Source: Candidatus Versatilivorator sp. (lineage in GTDB: Bacteria > Acidobacteriota > Terriglobia > Versatilivoradales > Versatilivoraceae). Taken from it: a DNA stretch of 64,000 nucleotides. Both the position numbers and the translations under genes were made by a program. Below, one piece after another: positions 45,413 to 55,773 of the stretch. A model generated the notes under the pieces. It saw nothing but the letters and a program-made list of their open reading frames with translations, ran no database searches and was not told where the DNA came from. The first letter of the stretch is position 1. Every line of letters begins with the position of its first letter. The stretch is from contig OZ242296.1 of NCBI GenBank assembly GCA_965207735.1, positions 4,256,001 through 4,320,000 on the forward strand. Direction: 5' to 3'.

Positions 45413-46558
45413 ATGCTGATCATCGACGGCGATTACCCCATGGCCATCGGCGCCATGGACTTGAACCGCGACCTGACCCTCCCCCTGCCGGAGGTTCGGG
45501 GCACCGCTCCCGACCGCTTCGCCGAGGAGAACCGGCCCGACGCCGATACCATGGCCTCGCTGCCGGAGATGCGCCGGGGCGGGATCGCCGCGGCCCTGGT
45601 CAAGGTGGTGGCCCGCCACTATCGCTCGGGAAGCCCGCTGTGGGGATATCGGGGCGCCGAGATGACCTACGCCGCGGCCCTGGCTCAACTGTCCTACTAC
45701 CAGATGCTGGAGATGCGCGGGGAGGCCAGGATTCTGAGGACGGGCTCGGATATCTCCGGCCACATTCAGTCGTGGTCCACCGGCGATCCGCACGAGGGAC
45801 TGCCCGTCGGGTTCATCCTCGGCATGGAAGGCGCCGACCCTATTTTGGAGACGAACCAAGTATCCCAGTGGTGGCAGAGCGGAATCCGGGTCATCAGCCT
45901 CTCCCACTACGGCCTCAGCACCTACTGCCACGGCACCGGGACCGGGACCTCGGGAGGTCTGTTCCCGCCCGCCAAGGCCCTGTTGCGGGAAATGGAGTCG
46001 GTCGGAATGATTCTGGACGTCACCCACGCTTCCGACGCCTCGGTTCGAGAGGCCCTGGATCTGTTCGGGGGACCGGTGCTGGCCAGCCACCAGAACTGCC
46101 GGGCCATCGTCCCCGGAGAACGACAGTTCCCGGATGACCAACTGCGAGCCGTAATCGGGAGGGGCGGGGTCATCGGGGCCTCCATGGACAGTTGGATGCT
46201 GTACCGGCCCGGGCTGGACTGGGGCGGTCCCATTCCTCCCCGGCGCAGCGTCTACGCCAAGGAGGCGGTGACGCTGGAGGACTACTGCGATCACCTCGAC
46301 CACGTCTGTCAACTGGCGGGCAACAGCCGCCACGCCGCCATCGGTGGGGACACCGACGGCCAGGGCGGCAGCGGAGGGGCGCCGGCCGAGATCGACACCG
46401 TGGCCGACTACCAAAAAGTCGCGGGAGTGCTGGAGCAGCGGGGCTATTCCTCCGAGGCCATCGAGAACATCATGTTTCGCAACTGGCAGCGTTTCTTTGA
46501 AACCCACCTCCCCCAGCCCGCGGCCGCGAGTCCGGTAAAACCAACTGAAGGAGGATGA
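45413..46558 (+). CDS. Membrane dipeptidase family (peptidase M19)
   Basis: SLPEMRRG, GMEGADP, ILDVTH, LASHQNCRA..PGERQ..D, IGGDTDG, NW.RF. Confidence 0.85.
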   Translation: MLIIDGDYPMAIGAMDLNRDLTLPLPEVRGTAPDRFAEENRPDADTMASLPEMRRGGIAAALVKVVARHYRSGSPLWGYRGAEMTYAAALAQLSYYQMLEMRGEARILRTGSDISGHIQSWSTGDPHEGLPVGFILGMEGADPILETNQVSQWWQSGIRVISLSHYGLSTYCHGTGTGTSGGLFPPAKALLREMESVGMILDVTHASDASVREALDLFGGPVLASHQNCRAIVPGERQFPDDQLRAVIGRGGVIGASMDSWMLYRPGLDWGGPIPPRRSVYAKEAVTLEDYCDHLDHVCQLAGNSRHAAIGGDTDGQGGSGGAPAEIDTVADYQKVAGVLEQRGYSSEAIENIMFRNWQRFFETHLPQPAAASPVKPTEGG

Positions 46559-47721
46559 GATTGCGCCGCCATTTCCCTATCGGCTTCCTTTGCGTGGCTG
46601 CTGTTGCGGGCGGTTGCGGCGACTCGGCCCCTGAACCGGCGCACCCCGGGCAACCCGAGACCCCAGGCCACTACTTGGCCTATTTCGGCACCTTTACCCG
46701 GGGGGAGCATGGTTCCAAGGGCATTTACGTCAGCCGTTTCGACGCCTCCAGCGGCGGGCTGAGCCCCTTCCTCCTGGCGCTGGAAGCCGAGGACCCCTCC
46801 TATCTGGCCGTCCACCCCAACCACCGTTACCTCTACTCCACCAACGAGGTGGGAGGCCGGAACGGAACGGTCAGCGCCTATGCCATCGATTCGGCGACCG
46901 GAAAGCTCAGACTCCTCAACCAAGCGCCGGCGCAGGGCAGGGGCACCTGTCACATCGGTCTCGACTCGGGCGGCCGCATGTTGGCCGTGGCCAACTACGT
47001 CACCGGAACGGTGGCTTCCTATCCGGTGCTCGCAGACGGCCGGCTGGGAGAGGTGGTCAGCGTCATGCAGATCCGGGGAGCCGAGGCGCCTCATCCCCAT
47101 TCGGTCAACTTTTCGCCGGACGACCGCTTCCTGATCGTGCCCGACGTCGGCATCCACACGGTCCACCTCTACCGCGCCGATCCCGCACAAGCATCCCTGC
47201 AGCCGCACGTGCCCGCGGAGATTCCGGACAGGCCGGGCAACGGCCCCCGCCACCTGGCCTTTCACCCTTCGGGCCGGTACTGCTACATCATCGAGGAAAC
47301 AGCCAACGTGGTGATGGCCTTGAAGTGGGACGAGCGGCGCGGAACCCTGGAGGAATTTCAGCGGGTTCCTACGATTCCGGCATCCTTTTCGGGGGAAACC
47401 TATACCGCCGAGATCGTCGCCCACCCGACCGGGAGGTTCCTCTATGGGTCCAATCGCGGGCACGACTCCATCGCCGTGTTCTCCATCGACCCGGACAGCG
47501 GCCGGCTCACCGCCGTCGATTACACCCCCACCCAGGGCAGCTACCCGCGAAACTTCAACCTGGACCCCAGCGGCAGGTGGCTGATTGCGCTGAATCGGGA
47601 AAGCAACAACGTCGTCACCTTCGCCGTCGACCCCCAGACCGGAAGACTTACCCCCACGGGACAGGTTATGGATCTGCGCAGCCCCTCCTGCCTGCGCTGG
47701 GTGCCGCTGGATGCAGAGTAG
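46555..47721 (+). CDS. Lactonase family protein (6-phosphogluconolactonase-like beta-propeller), probable lipoprotein
   Basis: GTFT..SKGIY, PSYL, VANY, HPH, GPRHLAFHP, SNRGHDSI, PRNF. ATGA overlap with the upstream gene. Confidence 0.9.
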   Translation: MRLRRHFPIGFLCVAAVAGGCGDSAPEPAHPGQPETPGHYLAYFGTFTRGEHGSKGIYVSRFDASSGGLSPFLLALEAEDPSYLAVHPNHRYLYSTNEVGGRNGTVSAYAIDSATGKLRLLNQAPAQGRGTCHIGLDSGGRMLAVANYVTGTVASYPVLADGRLGEVVSVMQIRGAEAPHPHSVNFSPDDRFLIVPDVGIHTVHLYRADPAQASLQPHVPAEIPDRPGNGPRHLAFHPSGRYCYIIEETANVVMALKWDERRGTLEEFQRVPTIPASFSGETYTAEIVAHPTGRFLYGSNRGHDSIAVFSIDPDSGRLTAVDYTPTQGSYPRNFNLDPSGRWLIALNRESNNVVTFAVDPQTGRLTPTGQVMDLRSPSCLRWVPLDAE

Positions 47722-47927
47722 CGGCAGCCCCCTGCCGGTGTTCCTGCCAAGTACTCTGCTGAACCGGCATTCGCGCCGTTGCCTGCCTGCCGACCCGCCA
47801 TTTCCGCTGCACCGAGACGATCGACAGGGTCCTGCGTGAAGTGAGGAAGGGTAGAATGGCTCAGGAAACCTGGCCGGTGACCGCTTTCTCTGTACGAGCA
47901 GCCTCACCGGCGTAGTTCAGCGAATCT

Positions 47928-48974
47928 GTGAAGCCAATGATCGATCACGCTTTTCTGGGCAAGATGACTGACGCGGCCCACCGGTTGGTTCGTTATTGGA
48001 AGATGCGTCAGGAAATCAAGAGATTCAAGTCTTGTCGGAACGTACACGAGCTGCCGGCCATCTTCCATTACTGGTCAAACAAGTACCTGGTTCCCAAGTT
48101 TCTCCCCTTCGGTTTTGCCAACCCCACGGAATTCTTTCATTTGTACATGATGCGGTGTTGTCGCCGTTTCAGTGGAGAAAACTGTCGATTCATCAGCATC
48201 GGCGCAGGCAATTGTGACCTCGAAACAGAGCTTGCCCAAATGCTGCTGAAGTCGGGAGATTCGAATTTCGTCCTGGAATGCCTGGATGTCAACGAGTATA
48301 TGCTCAAGCGCGGAAGAGCCCTGGCGGAAGAAAACGGGTTGCTCAGTCAAATGCGCTTCGTTTGCTCTGACATCAGCGTGTGGGAGCCCGTTGAGCAGTA
48401 TCACCTTGTGATGGTCAACCACTCCTTACACCACTTTGTCGCCTTGGAATTTCTCTTCGACACGATCCGCAAAGTCCTTCACCCCGAAGGATACTTTGTC
48501 ACCAACGACATGATCGGCCGAAACGGCCACATGAGATGGCCGGAAGCGCTGGCAATCCTTGAGGAACTGTGGGCGGAACTGCCCGCTCGTTACAAGTACA
48601 ACCACCAGCTCAGACGATTGGAAATTGAATATGAGAACTGGGATTGCTCAAGACAGGGAGGAAATGAGGGAATCCGGTCACAAGACATTCTGCCGCTGCT
48701 CTTGAAGAAATTCCACTTCGACCTCTTTGTCGGTTTCGCGAATGTAATCGACGTCTTCGTGGACCGAAACTTCGGACACAATTTCGACCCCAATTGCGAA
48801 TTCGACAAGGCATTTATTGACAAGGTGCACGCCATCGACGAACAGAGCATCGAGAGTGGAGCCATCAAGCCCACCCACATGATGGCAGCCATGACCAGGA
48901 GCGCCGTGGCTCAGACAAAGATGAACAACCATCTCTCTCCCCAATTCTGCGTGAGGTGGCCCGACGGCGGTTAG
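47928..48974 (+). CDS. Class I SAM-dependent methyltransferase
   Basis: ISIGAGNCD, LDVN, SLHHF..LE, L.PEGYFV. Lower GC than neighbours. Confidence 0.8.
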   Translation: MKPMIDHAFLGKMTDAAHRLVRYWKMRQEIKRFKSCRNVHELPAIFHYWSNKYLVPKFLPFGFANPTEFFHLYMMRCCRRFSGENCRFISIGAGNCDLETELAQMLLKSGDSNFVLECLDVNEYMLKRGRALAEENGLLSQMRFVCSDISVWEPVEQYHLVMVNHSLHHFVALEFLFDTIRKVLHPEGYFVTNDMIGRNGHMRWPEALAILEELWAELPARYKYNHQLRRLEIEYENWDCSRQGGNEGIRSQDILPLLLKKFHFDLFVGFANVIDVFVDRNFGHNFDPNCEFDKAFIDKVHAIDEQSIESGAIKPTHMMAAMTRSAVAQTKMNNHLSPQFCVRWPDGG

Positions 48975-49090
48975 CCGGTCCCCCACCCCGCCGTGCGGAT
49001 CACACGAGAGTGAAACAACAAATTTTCATGGCCTATCGGGAAAAAGGACACTGTCCCGTGAATCCGGATTCCCGGATTATTGAACCAAGC

Positions 49091-50956
49091 CTATTTCCCA
49101 AAAGCAGCCGAGCGAGAGCGGACTCGAAAGCCTTTTTTCTTGACGGCGACCTTGATCTTGTCAATTCGACGGTTGATTGACTGGGGGCCTGATGCATCCG
49201 GAGAATAGGCCAACAGGTAGTACCCCTGTTGGTCCTGGAGGATTCGATCGGTAGCGATATGAGGGGAATCATAGGATTGAAAGTACACGCCGCCGGTTTC
49301 CCGGGCCAGATGGTACCTGCCGTCGTTCGGAGTCCTTACGCTTCCACCCAATCGAGAGGATTCGGAACCCGCATTGTATTGCGGCAACAGTCCCAACCCT
49401 TCCGCCTCAATGGAGTAGATGACTACCGAGGCCCGGTTGCAGGCATCGGTCAGGCGACGCATTGTGCTGCGTATGTCTCTGTCAATTTTGCTGTAGTAGA
49501 CCAGCGGCAATCCGCCTGAAATAAAGACCACAGATTTTCGAAAGGGCAAATTCTCCATCATGGCGACGGTGTTCAAGAGTGTGTCAAGGGTGTACAGGGT
49601 GAGGTTCGCCTGCCTGAACGGAGAGGATCCGCTCAACACGTCTTGCGCGACGAGCGTATTGTGGTTCAGTCCCGGACGACTGGAGGTGTTGTACTTGATT
49701 TGGTCAAGCGCCTTTAGAAGAAGTGCCTTGTCCGAAGTGAAAGAGATTCCATCGGTCCCCACGCCAGAACGAACAAGAGTCACCAAATCATTGGGTTGAA
49801 TTTGCTTGTCGACAAATTCCTTCAGTCCTGTCCTGATTTGAGACAAATACCTTTGGTCGATCCCCAATTCATCCACGACTACCGCGATGAGGCGTCTCTG
49901 TGGCTCAGGATTCAATGTCGATTCCGATGCTGCCGCAGGGTCGGGGGAAGCGTGCAATGCCGAATCCCCTTTCTGAAGATCAGCCGTGGACGGTTGCAAC
50001 CATTGGTAGGACAGGCTCTGAATTTCTTGGGGTCTGCCGTCCTGCAGGACCTCGAAGTCCTCTTTCCGAAGATCCGTGACGTGTTGTCCTTTCCGGTCCG
50101 TCACAATGACATCCATTTCTACCAGTTCCACAACGTTTCGAATCGTTCCATCTGCGGAAGACGGATTGGCTGTCTTCTGAGGAGGAATGTTCCCCTGCTG
50201 CTGAGTTCGCTCCGCCTGCTTTGTCTGACTCCCTTGACTCTCGCCGACCGCGGCCATCGAGGAACGAATCCCTTGGAAAATTTGAAACGCCAGGGTCCTT
50301 GCGTCGTTCTTCACCGCCGGGTCCTGAGAGATGCGTTGCAACACGGGGATCAATCGGTCCGGGGCCGGCACCCTTGAAGACCTCAGATTCCGATCCAATT
50401 CCTTCAGTCTTGCATGCAATATCGAGCGATCCCTCGCGAGGGATGTTTTCAGTTCCAACAAGGCAAGTTCCTGCTCACAGAGGTTTTTGAAAAAGGCATG
50501 AATACTCTGGAGTTTGGGGTCGTTCTTGCTAACGGCAACCAACCTGGTTCCGACTGTGTTTTCGTTGCCGTAGTCAACTCGGATGGTTGACCCTCCCCTT
50601 GCTTTCTCTGCCCGCCGGCGGGACCTCTTCCCTTCCTCTTGGAAGGAGCGGGACTGAGTAAAGAGGTGAAACAGATTCTGGACCAGATTGGACTGAAGAT
50701 GCGTTTTCAGATTGAAATCAAGTTCGATCGGATCCTGCGTCCGTTGCTTCACCTGGATCCGGATGGGACCCTGATTGCCGAGAACGACGCGTCGGAACTC
50801 GGTTTTGCCTTTGCCCGAGTGCTCTTCCCAGGTGAAACGGACGAATTGGGTCGGGGATGCTGCAAGTGCAGGCGACTGCGCCGACAATGCCAGCAACAGA
50901 GCGAGTTGAGTGAGCCGGTTGAAGAACCAGGATCTTTTCTTTGTACGGCCTGACAT
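49091..50956 (-). CDS. VWA domain protein, Acidobacteria type
   Basis: Signal peptide, V.LVEMDVIVTDRKG.HVTDL.KEDFEVLQDG.PQEI, RKSVVFISGG, LARETGG, YYLLAYSP. Confidence 0.85.
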   Translation of the reverse strand: MSGRTKKRSWFFNRLTQLALLLALSAQSPALAASPTQFVRFTWEEHSGKGKTEFRRVVLGNQGPIRIQVKQRTQDPIELDFNLKTHLQSNLVQNLFHLFTQSRSFQEEGKRSRRRAEKARGGSTIRVDYGNENTVGTRLVAVSKNDPKLQSIHAFFKNLCEQELALLELKTSLARDRSILHARLKELDRNLRSSRVPAPDRLIPVLQRISQDPAVKNDARTLAFQIFQGIRSSMAAVGESQGSQTKQAERTQQQGNIPPQKTANPSSADGTIRNVVELVEMDVIVTDRKGQHVTDLRKEDFEVLQDGRPQEIQSLSYQWLQPSTADLQKGDSALHASPDPAAASESTLNPEPQRRLIAVVVDELGIDQRYLSQIRTGLKEFVDKQIQPNDLVTLVRSGVGTDGISFTSDKALLLKALDQIKYNTSSRPGLNHNTLVAQDVLSGSSPFRQANLTLYTLDTLLNTVAMMENLPFRKSVVFISGGLPLVYYSKIDRDIRSTMRRLTDACNRASVVIYSIEAEGLGLLPQYNAGSESSRLGGSVRTPNDGRYHLARETGGVYFQSYDSPHIATDRILQDQQGYYLLAYSPDASGPQSINRRIDKIKVAVKKKGFRVRSRSAAFGK

Positions 50957-51617
50957 TCGACACCTCCCTAGAGGTACTCTCCCACGGATCGACAGCAACC
51001 CGGGCCATCCTTGATGAAGATGAAGTGGAGTATTACCCAATCTTAGCACGTGTCCGCCACATGTCACACGGGAATCCTCTCCACAAATTGCAGGTGACAA
51101 GGCAGTGGCGGTCGGAGCCGCTGGATGGTCTTTGGGTTGGGGTGGCCGGACAGATACTGCACGTCCTGCAAAAACGAAAACTTGATGGCCCTGCTTCGCG
51201 AACCTCTTGTGTATGACGACAGTCCCGGCAATGAGGTCGTGAATGGCTCTTTTGCGCTCGTTGAATAGCAGAACGACGACTTCACTCCAGAACCAAATAC
51301 CAGTATTATTTCAGCCTGTAACGTCACCCGAACCAACGGGCTTCCGGTTTGGCGCCGTCCTGGGAGGACAGAACTCTCTCAGGATCCGCAGTGACAGGCG
51401 TAACGAAGAAGAGCGAAGAGGCGAAACAGCCGGGCACCCTTAAGTGCTTGAACATAATGACCAAAAAGATCCCGGCTCCAACACCGCAGTTGCCGGACCT
51501 GCTCAATCCCTCCCGATTCCGCTCGGTTCTGCCGGGATCGTCGAACGGCCGTTGGCGACGCCGCTGGCGATCTGCTACCATGAGGCCGCGCGACATTTCT
51601 GTCTCCTGGAGGGCGTC

Positions 51618-52442
51618 GTGACTGCTGAAGAGCGATACCTGTTCGATCTCAACGGGTACCTGGTGCTGAGAAAGGTCCTGCCCCCGCCGGTTCTGGCTGC
51701 CATGAACGACAGCATCGACCGGCTGGAGGCCCTGAGCAACCGGGAGGTAGAGGCCCGCAACCTGGCGCGGAAATACCAGGAAGACAACGTCTACGCCCAG
51801 GTGGGTCCGGCGCCGCTGCAAGGCTTGGCGGACTACTCCAGCACCATCCTTCCCTGCGGCGGCCCCTTCGAGGAACTGATCGACTGGCCCGCTGTCCTTC
51901 CCTACCTGGAAGAGGCCATTGGCGTACCCTTTCGGCTGGACGCGGCCAGCTTCATGTCCCGTCATGGCGGAGGAGGTTTCGTATTCCACCACGGCTATGC
52001 CGAGATGCTGCCCTACAGCGAGTACGCCTTCGAGCGGGACGGCTTTCTCTGCGCCAGCATCAAGATCTCCTATGCCCTGACCGACGTGGGTGTGGAGGAC
52101 GGCTGCTTTACCGTTATCCCGGGGAGCCACAAGAGCCACTTCCCTAATCCACTGGTGGGACGGGTTCCCGATCCGACACATCCGCTGGTCCGGCCACTGC
52201 CCTGCGAGGCGGGAGACGCCGTGCTCTTTTCCGAGGACCTTTCCCACGGAGCCGTTCAGAATCGGGGCTCCAGAGTGCGGCGGACCCTGTTCTATTCCTA
52301 CGCGCCCGCCTATCAATGCGCCTGGGGGCGGTTGACCGAGGTGGCGCCCGGATTCGAGTCCCGGGCCAATCCGCGCCGGCTGGAGTTGGTCCAGGGACCG
52401 GCGCCCTTTGAGGACATTCCCGCCAGCCTCACCGCCGTCTGA
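51618..52442 (+). CDS. Phytanoyl-CoA dioxygenase (PhyH)-family protein
   Basis: ERYLFDLNGYLVL, ALTDV..EDG...IPGSHK, GDAVLFSE.L.HG, RRTL.Y.Y. GTG start with a GGAGG RBS. Confidence 0.85.
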   Translation: MTAEERYLFDLNGYLVLRKVLPPPVLAAMNDSIDRLEALSNREVEARNLARKYQEDNVYAQVGPAPLQGLADYSSTILPCGGPFEELIDWPAVLPYLEEAIGVPFRLDAASFMSRHGGGGFVFHHGYAEMLPYSEYAFERDGFLCASIKISYALTDVGVEDGCFTVIPGSHKSHFPNPLVGRVPDPTHPLVRPLPCEAGDAVLFSEDLSHGAVQNRGSRVRRTLFYSYAPAYQCAWGRLTEVAPGFESRANPRRLELVQGPAPFEDIPASLTAV

Positions 52443-52543
52443 TTCCAGGCGGGCCAGGCCGCGCCGCTGGAGAGAAACCCTTCTCCCGGGCCTGAACTCC
52501 CAGCCACCTCAGGCTGGGCCTTCGGGAGAAGCGCTTGTCAAAC

Positions 52544-53395
52544 ATGGATGCCACTCGAACCCAGCGCCTCCCCACCGAGGAAGAGGTCTTCGACCTTCAG
52601 ACCGGAAGCGGCCGGCAGACGCTCTCTAAAGAGGAGCAGCACTTCTTCGATACCGCCGGCTACGCCCTCCTGCCGGAAGTGCTGAAACCACCGCAGGCCG
52701 AGGCGGCCCGGCGAAGCCTCGATCGCCTGGCTCAGGCTCCGACCCCCGCGATCAGCTGCCGCCGGACGGAATGTTCCGAGCTTGAGCTGCTCAACATCAT
52801 CGAAGCCGGAGGCATCCTGGAAGACGCCATGGCCCTGGAGCCCGTGCAGCGCTACCTGCAGGGGCTCATCTGGGGACAGCAGTTTCGCTTGATTGCTTCC
52901 CGAGGAAGGATTCGAGGGATGAGGAGCCGCAGTCGCTTGACTCAGGGTGGGCAAGCCGACCCACGGCGATACGCGCGCTACCGTTGCGGTCCGGAGGGAG
53001 AGTTCAGATGCCTGTTGGTGACCTGCCTGATTGCGCTATGCGACACGACCGCAGATGATGGAGCCTTTTGCCTCATCCCCGGAAGCCACAAGTGCCACCT
53101 GCCCCATCCCTATTCCGAACGCGAACTGGAAGAAATCGCGCCCCTGCAGGATCTGCCCCTGGCGGCCGGCTCGGCAGTGGTCTTTACCGACAACGTCTCC
53201 CATGCCCTGAGGCCGCCCCGCCGGGACAGCCAGCACTGGCTCGAATTCCAGTACGGCCCTTCCTACATGGAGAACTGGCCCGGCTGTGAATTCTCGGCCG
53301 ACCTGCTGCAGCGCACCCAGGCCGACCCGGTCAAGTCCCACCTGCTGCTGGCCCCCTACTACCACCCCGCCGGATCCCAGAAGAAAATGGACTGA
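52544..53395 (+). CDS. Second PhyH-family protein
   Basis: FFDTAGY, DGAFCLIPGSHK, AGSAVVFTD..SH. Confidence 0.75.
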   Translation: MDATRTQRLPTEEEVFDLQTGSGRQTLSKEEQHFFDTAGYALLPEVLKPPQAEAARRSLDRLAQAPTPAISCRRTECSELELLNIIEAGGILEDAMALEPVQRYLQGLIWGQQFRLIASRGRIRGMRSRSRLTQGGQADPRRYARYRCGPEGEFRCLLVTCLIALCDTTADDGAFCLIPGSHKCHLPHPYSERELEEIAPLQDLPLAAGSAVVFTDNVSHALRPPRRDSQHWLEFQYGPSYMENWPGCEFSADLLQRTQADPVKSHLLLAPYYHPAGSQKKMD

Positions 53396-53401
53396 CTGTT
53401 C

Positions 53402-54907
53402 TTATTGCTCTCGGGCCGTCTTCAGGGTCCGGTAGAGCAGCGCCCCCAGTTCATCGTAGAAGGCGAACTCGGTCTGAGCCGGCTTCCCTCCGGCCGGGGG
53501 ATGGACCCGCACCCGCAGGAAACCGCCGGACTGACCCCGCTGAGTGTACTTGTGGACGATCCTGCCCTCGGGGTCGGTTGAGTTCGGGTCACCGGGTGAA
53601 ATGGCCGCGAAGGCGTTGGCATCGCAGAGGGCTCCGCAGGCAAACTCTTCCACGCCGGCGGGATGGATGGCGTGATACTGCCAGTGGCGGTCACCGCAGA
53701 TGAGATAGAAATTCCTCTTCACCGGATTGTTCCGGTCCAACCAAGCGAAAAGCTCCCTGGCCTCGTGCTGAAACCCGCCGATGTTGGCGTGGCTGTCCCG
53801 CTTGGTGGCGCCGTCGGGACCCACCATGGCCGTGGGGGCGATCAGAATCTTGAAGGGGGCATCCGATTCCAGCAGCGTCTGCTTCAGCCAGGCGATCTGT
53901 TCCTTCCCCCACAGGGTCTTGCCCGGGCCGTCCTCCATGCTGTTGGGGCTGCGGTAGTCGCGGCCCTCAACCAGCCAGATCTGCAGCTCCCGACTGATCC
54001 GGTGAGTGCGGTAGGTCACCGCCTCCTTCTCCGCCGGATCCACTACCGGCACCTGCTCCCGAAAGATCTCGATGCCCAGGGCGTTGGAGGGCTGTTGAGC
54101 CTGTTCCGGATTCTCCCGGTCTTCCACCCAGGCGTGGTAGCCCTGCACGGGAGTGTGGGGATCCGAGTCGTTGAAGCGGTGGTCGTGGTCATCCTTTTCC
54201 CAGTAGGTGGGCACCTGCCGGAACAGCTCGATGAACCGCGGCTGCACGAACTGCTCGTGCCATTTTTTCCGCAATTCGGCGCGGGTTCGAGCACGAGAGT
54301 CCGCCGGATGGTCGTAGTAGACATTGTCTCCGGTCCCCACAAAGAAATCGGGCTTCATGCGCAGGATGGTGGCCAAGGCCGGATAGCCCAGAGGCTTGTC
54401 GTGGCCTTCGTACTTGGGTCGCTGAAACATGGGAGCGCCGTCCTGGAAAAAAGCATAGTTCATCCCCGTCACCACCACAAAGCTCACCACGGCGCTCCTC
54501 TGACTTCCGGCCAGGGTCTTGAAGGTGGCGCGGGGACCGAGCCTGGTATGTGCCCGATCGACACCGTAGCGCAGCCGGTAGTAGTAGCGCGTCGCCGGAG
54601 TCAATCCCGAAATCCGGGTCTTGACGATATAGTCGTTCCGAGGTACTGCGGTCATCCACTCGGTCACCCTCGGGTCTGCAGAGTCCTCTGCCACCGACAG
54701 CTCGAAACGGGCGACCCCGGGGCTGCCGGGGAGATCTCCATCCACCAGTGCCGTGCCCCGGGTCAGGCGGGACTGCAGAATCACGCTCGTCTCGGTGACC
54801 TCCCCCGCCATTTCCCCCTGGCCGTTGTAGACTTCGGCCGCGGAAAGGGTTCCGCCCGTCAACAAGAGGAGGACCGCGACGGCCTCGCTCAATGGATGGG
54901 ATCGCAT
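53402..54907 (-). CDS. phoD: Alkaline phosphatase D family protein
   Basis: Signal peptide, GEVT...VIL, GLTP.TRYYY, TGDNVYYD, DDHD, R.YRS, W.KEQIAWLK..L, GDRH. The track ORF extension to 55399 runs through repeats. Confidence 0.8.
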   Translation of the reverse strand: MRSHPLSEAVAVLLLLTGGTLSAAEVYNGQGEMAGEVTETSVILQSRLTRGTALVDGDLPGSPGVARFELSVAEDSADPRVTEWMTAVPRNDYIVKTRISGLTPATRYYYRLRYGVDRAHTRLGPRATFKTLAGSQRSAVVSFVVVTGMNYAFFQDGAPMFQRPKYEGHDKPLGYPALATILRMKPDFFVGTGDNVYYDHPADSRARTRAELRKKWHEQFVQPRFIELFRQVPTYWEKDDHDHRFNDSDPHTPVQGYHAWVEDRENPEQAQQPSNALGIEIFREQVPVVDPAEKEAVTYRTHRISRELQIWLVEGRDYRSPNSMEDGPGKTLWGKEQIAWLKQTLLESDAPFKILIAPTAMVGPDGATKRDSHANIGGFQHEARELFAWLDRNNPVKRNFYLICGDRHWQYHAIHPAGVEEFACGALCDANAFAAISPGDPNSTDPEGRIVHKYTQRGQSGGFLRVRVHPPAGGKPAQTEFAFYDELGALLYRTLKTAREQ

Positions 54908-55099
54908 GGTGAGCCTCCTTTGCACGACACCTGGTTTACTTTGCCGACCCGGATTATACCTGGATTGGGAAGTGATCTTCGGGGGTGGAGCCGCCTTCCC
55001 CCGCCATGTGAATAACAGGAACAATTCACATGGATGGACAAGAAATACAGGATGGCCTTTGAGAGTATGGCTTCCGTAATCGTAGGCATCATTTGAATG

Positions 55100-55675
55100 G
55101 ACCATTAACATCGATGCACAGGATGCACGGGATTTGGTTTCATCCGAGCAAGGACAGCCAATGGTTAATGAAGGAGATGAACCACCAATGGACACGAATG
55201 AACAGGAATAGGGATGGACCTCCTTCAATGACCAACCACGCCCGAATGCATCTGCGATATCGTGACCTTGACATCCCGGCGTCATGGGAGGAAGCCCACC
55301 CGGGAGCGCGGGCGGGCCGCTCTCGTCACAATTGCCCTTCAAGGGAGAGTCGGCGCAAACGAACTGGCTGGATGGTCGCCTTGGATCCCGATCTGACAAT
55401 CCCTTAGTGGCCCTTCGTCGTCCTTCGTGGCCCTTCGTGGTTCACTCTTTTTCTTTCGTCTTTTTTCGTTTGTTTCAGACAAGCCGGGCTCCCGCCGTGC
55501 CGGGCGGATCATTCGAGAGTGAAACAATCTGAAATCGACAATCCCTTCGCGAACTTGGTATCCCGTCTCGGTTAACCTCAGCGCCTTAGTGCCCCTTCGT
55601 CGTTCTTCGTGCCCCTTCGTGGACAAGTCTTTTTCTTTGTCGTTTGTCGGTTGTTTCAGGCAAGCCGGGCTCCCC
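55100..55675. repeat. Cluster of dispersed intergenic repeats
   Basis: 55177-55312 is the inverted homologue of 26074-26198. About 55403-55670 holds one partial and one full copy of the unit at 21097-21616. Confidence 0.8.
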
Positions 55676-55773
55676 TCCGGACAAGGCGGACGATCAGTCG
55701 ACCAGTTGACTCCGCCCGCGGTGTACTGGAGAATCACTTTTTCCTCAAGTGTTTCCTGCCTGGAGACCCAAGA

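Noticed and set aside
54908-55399. 164-aa N-terminal extension of PhoD in the ORF track
   Set aside because: It runs through intergenic repeats. The ATG at 54907 has an AGGAGG RBS and begins a signal peptide.
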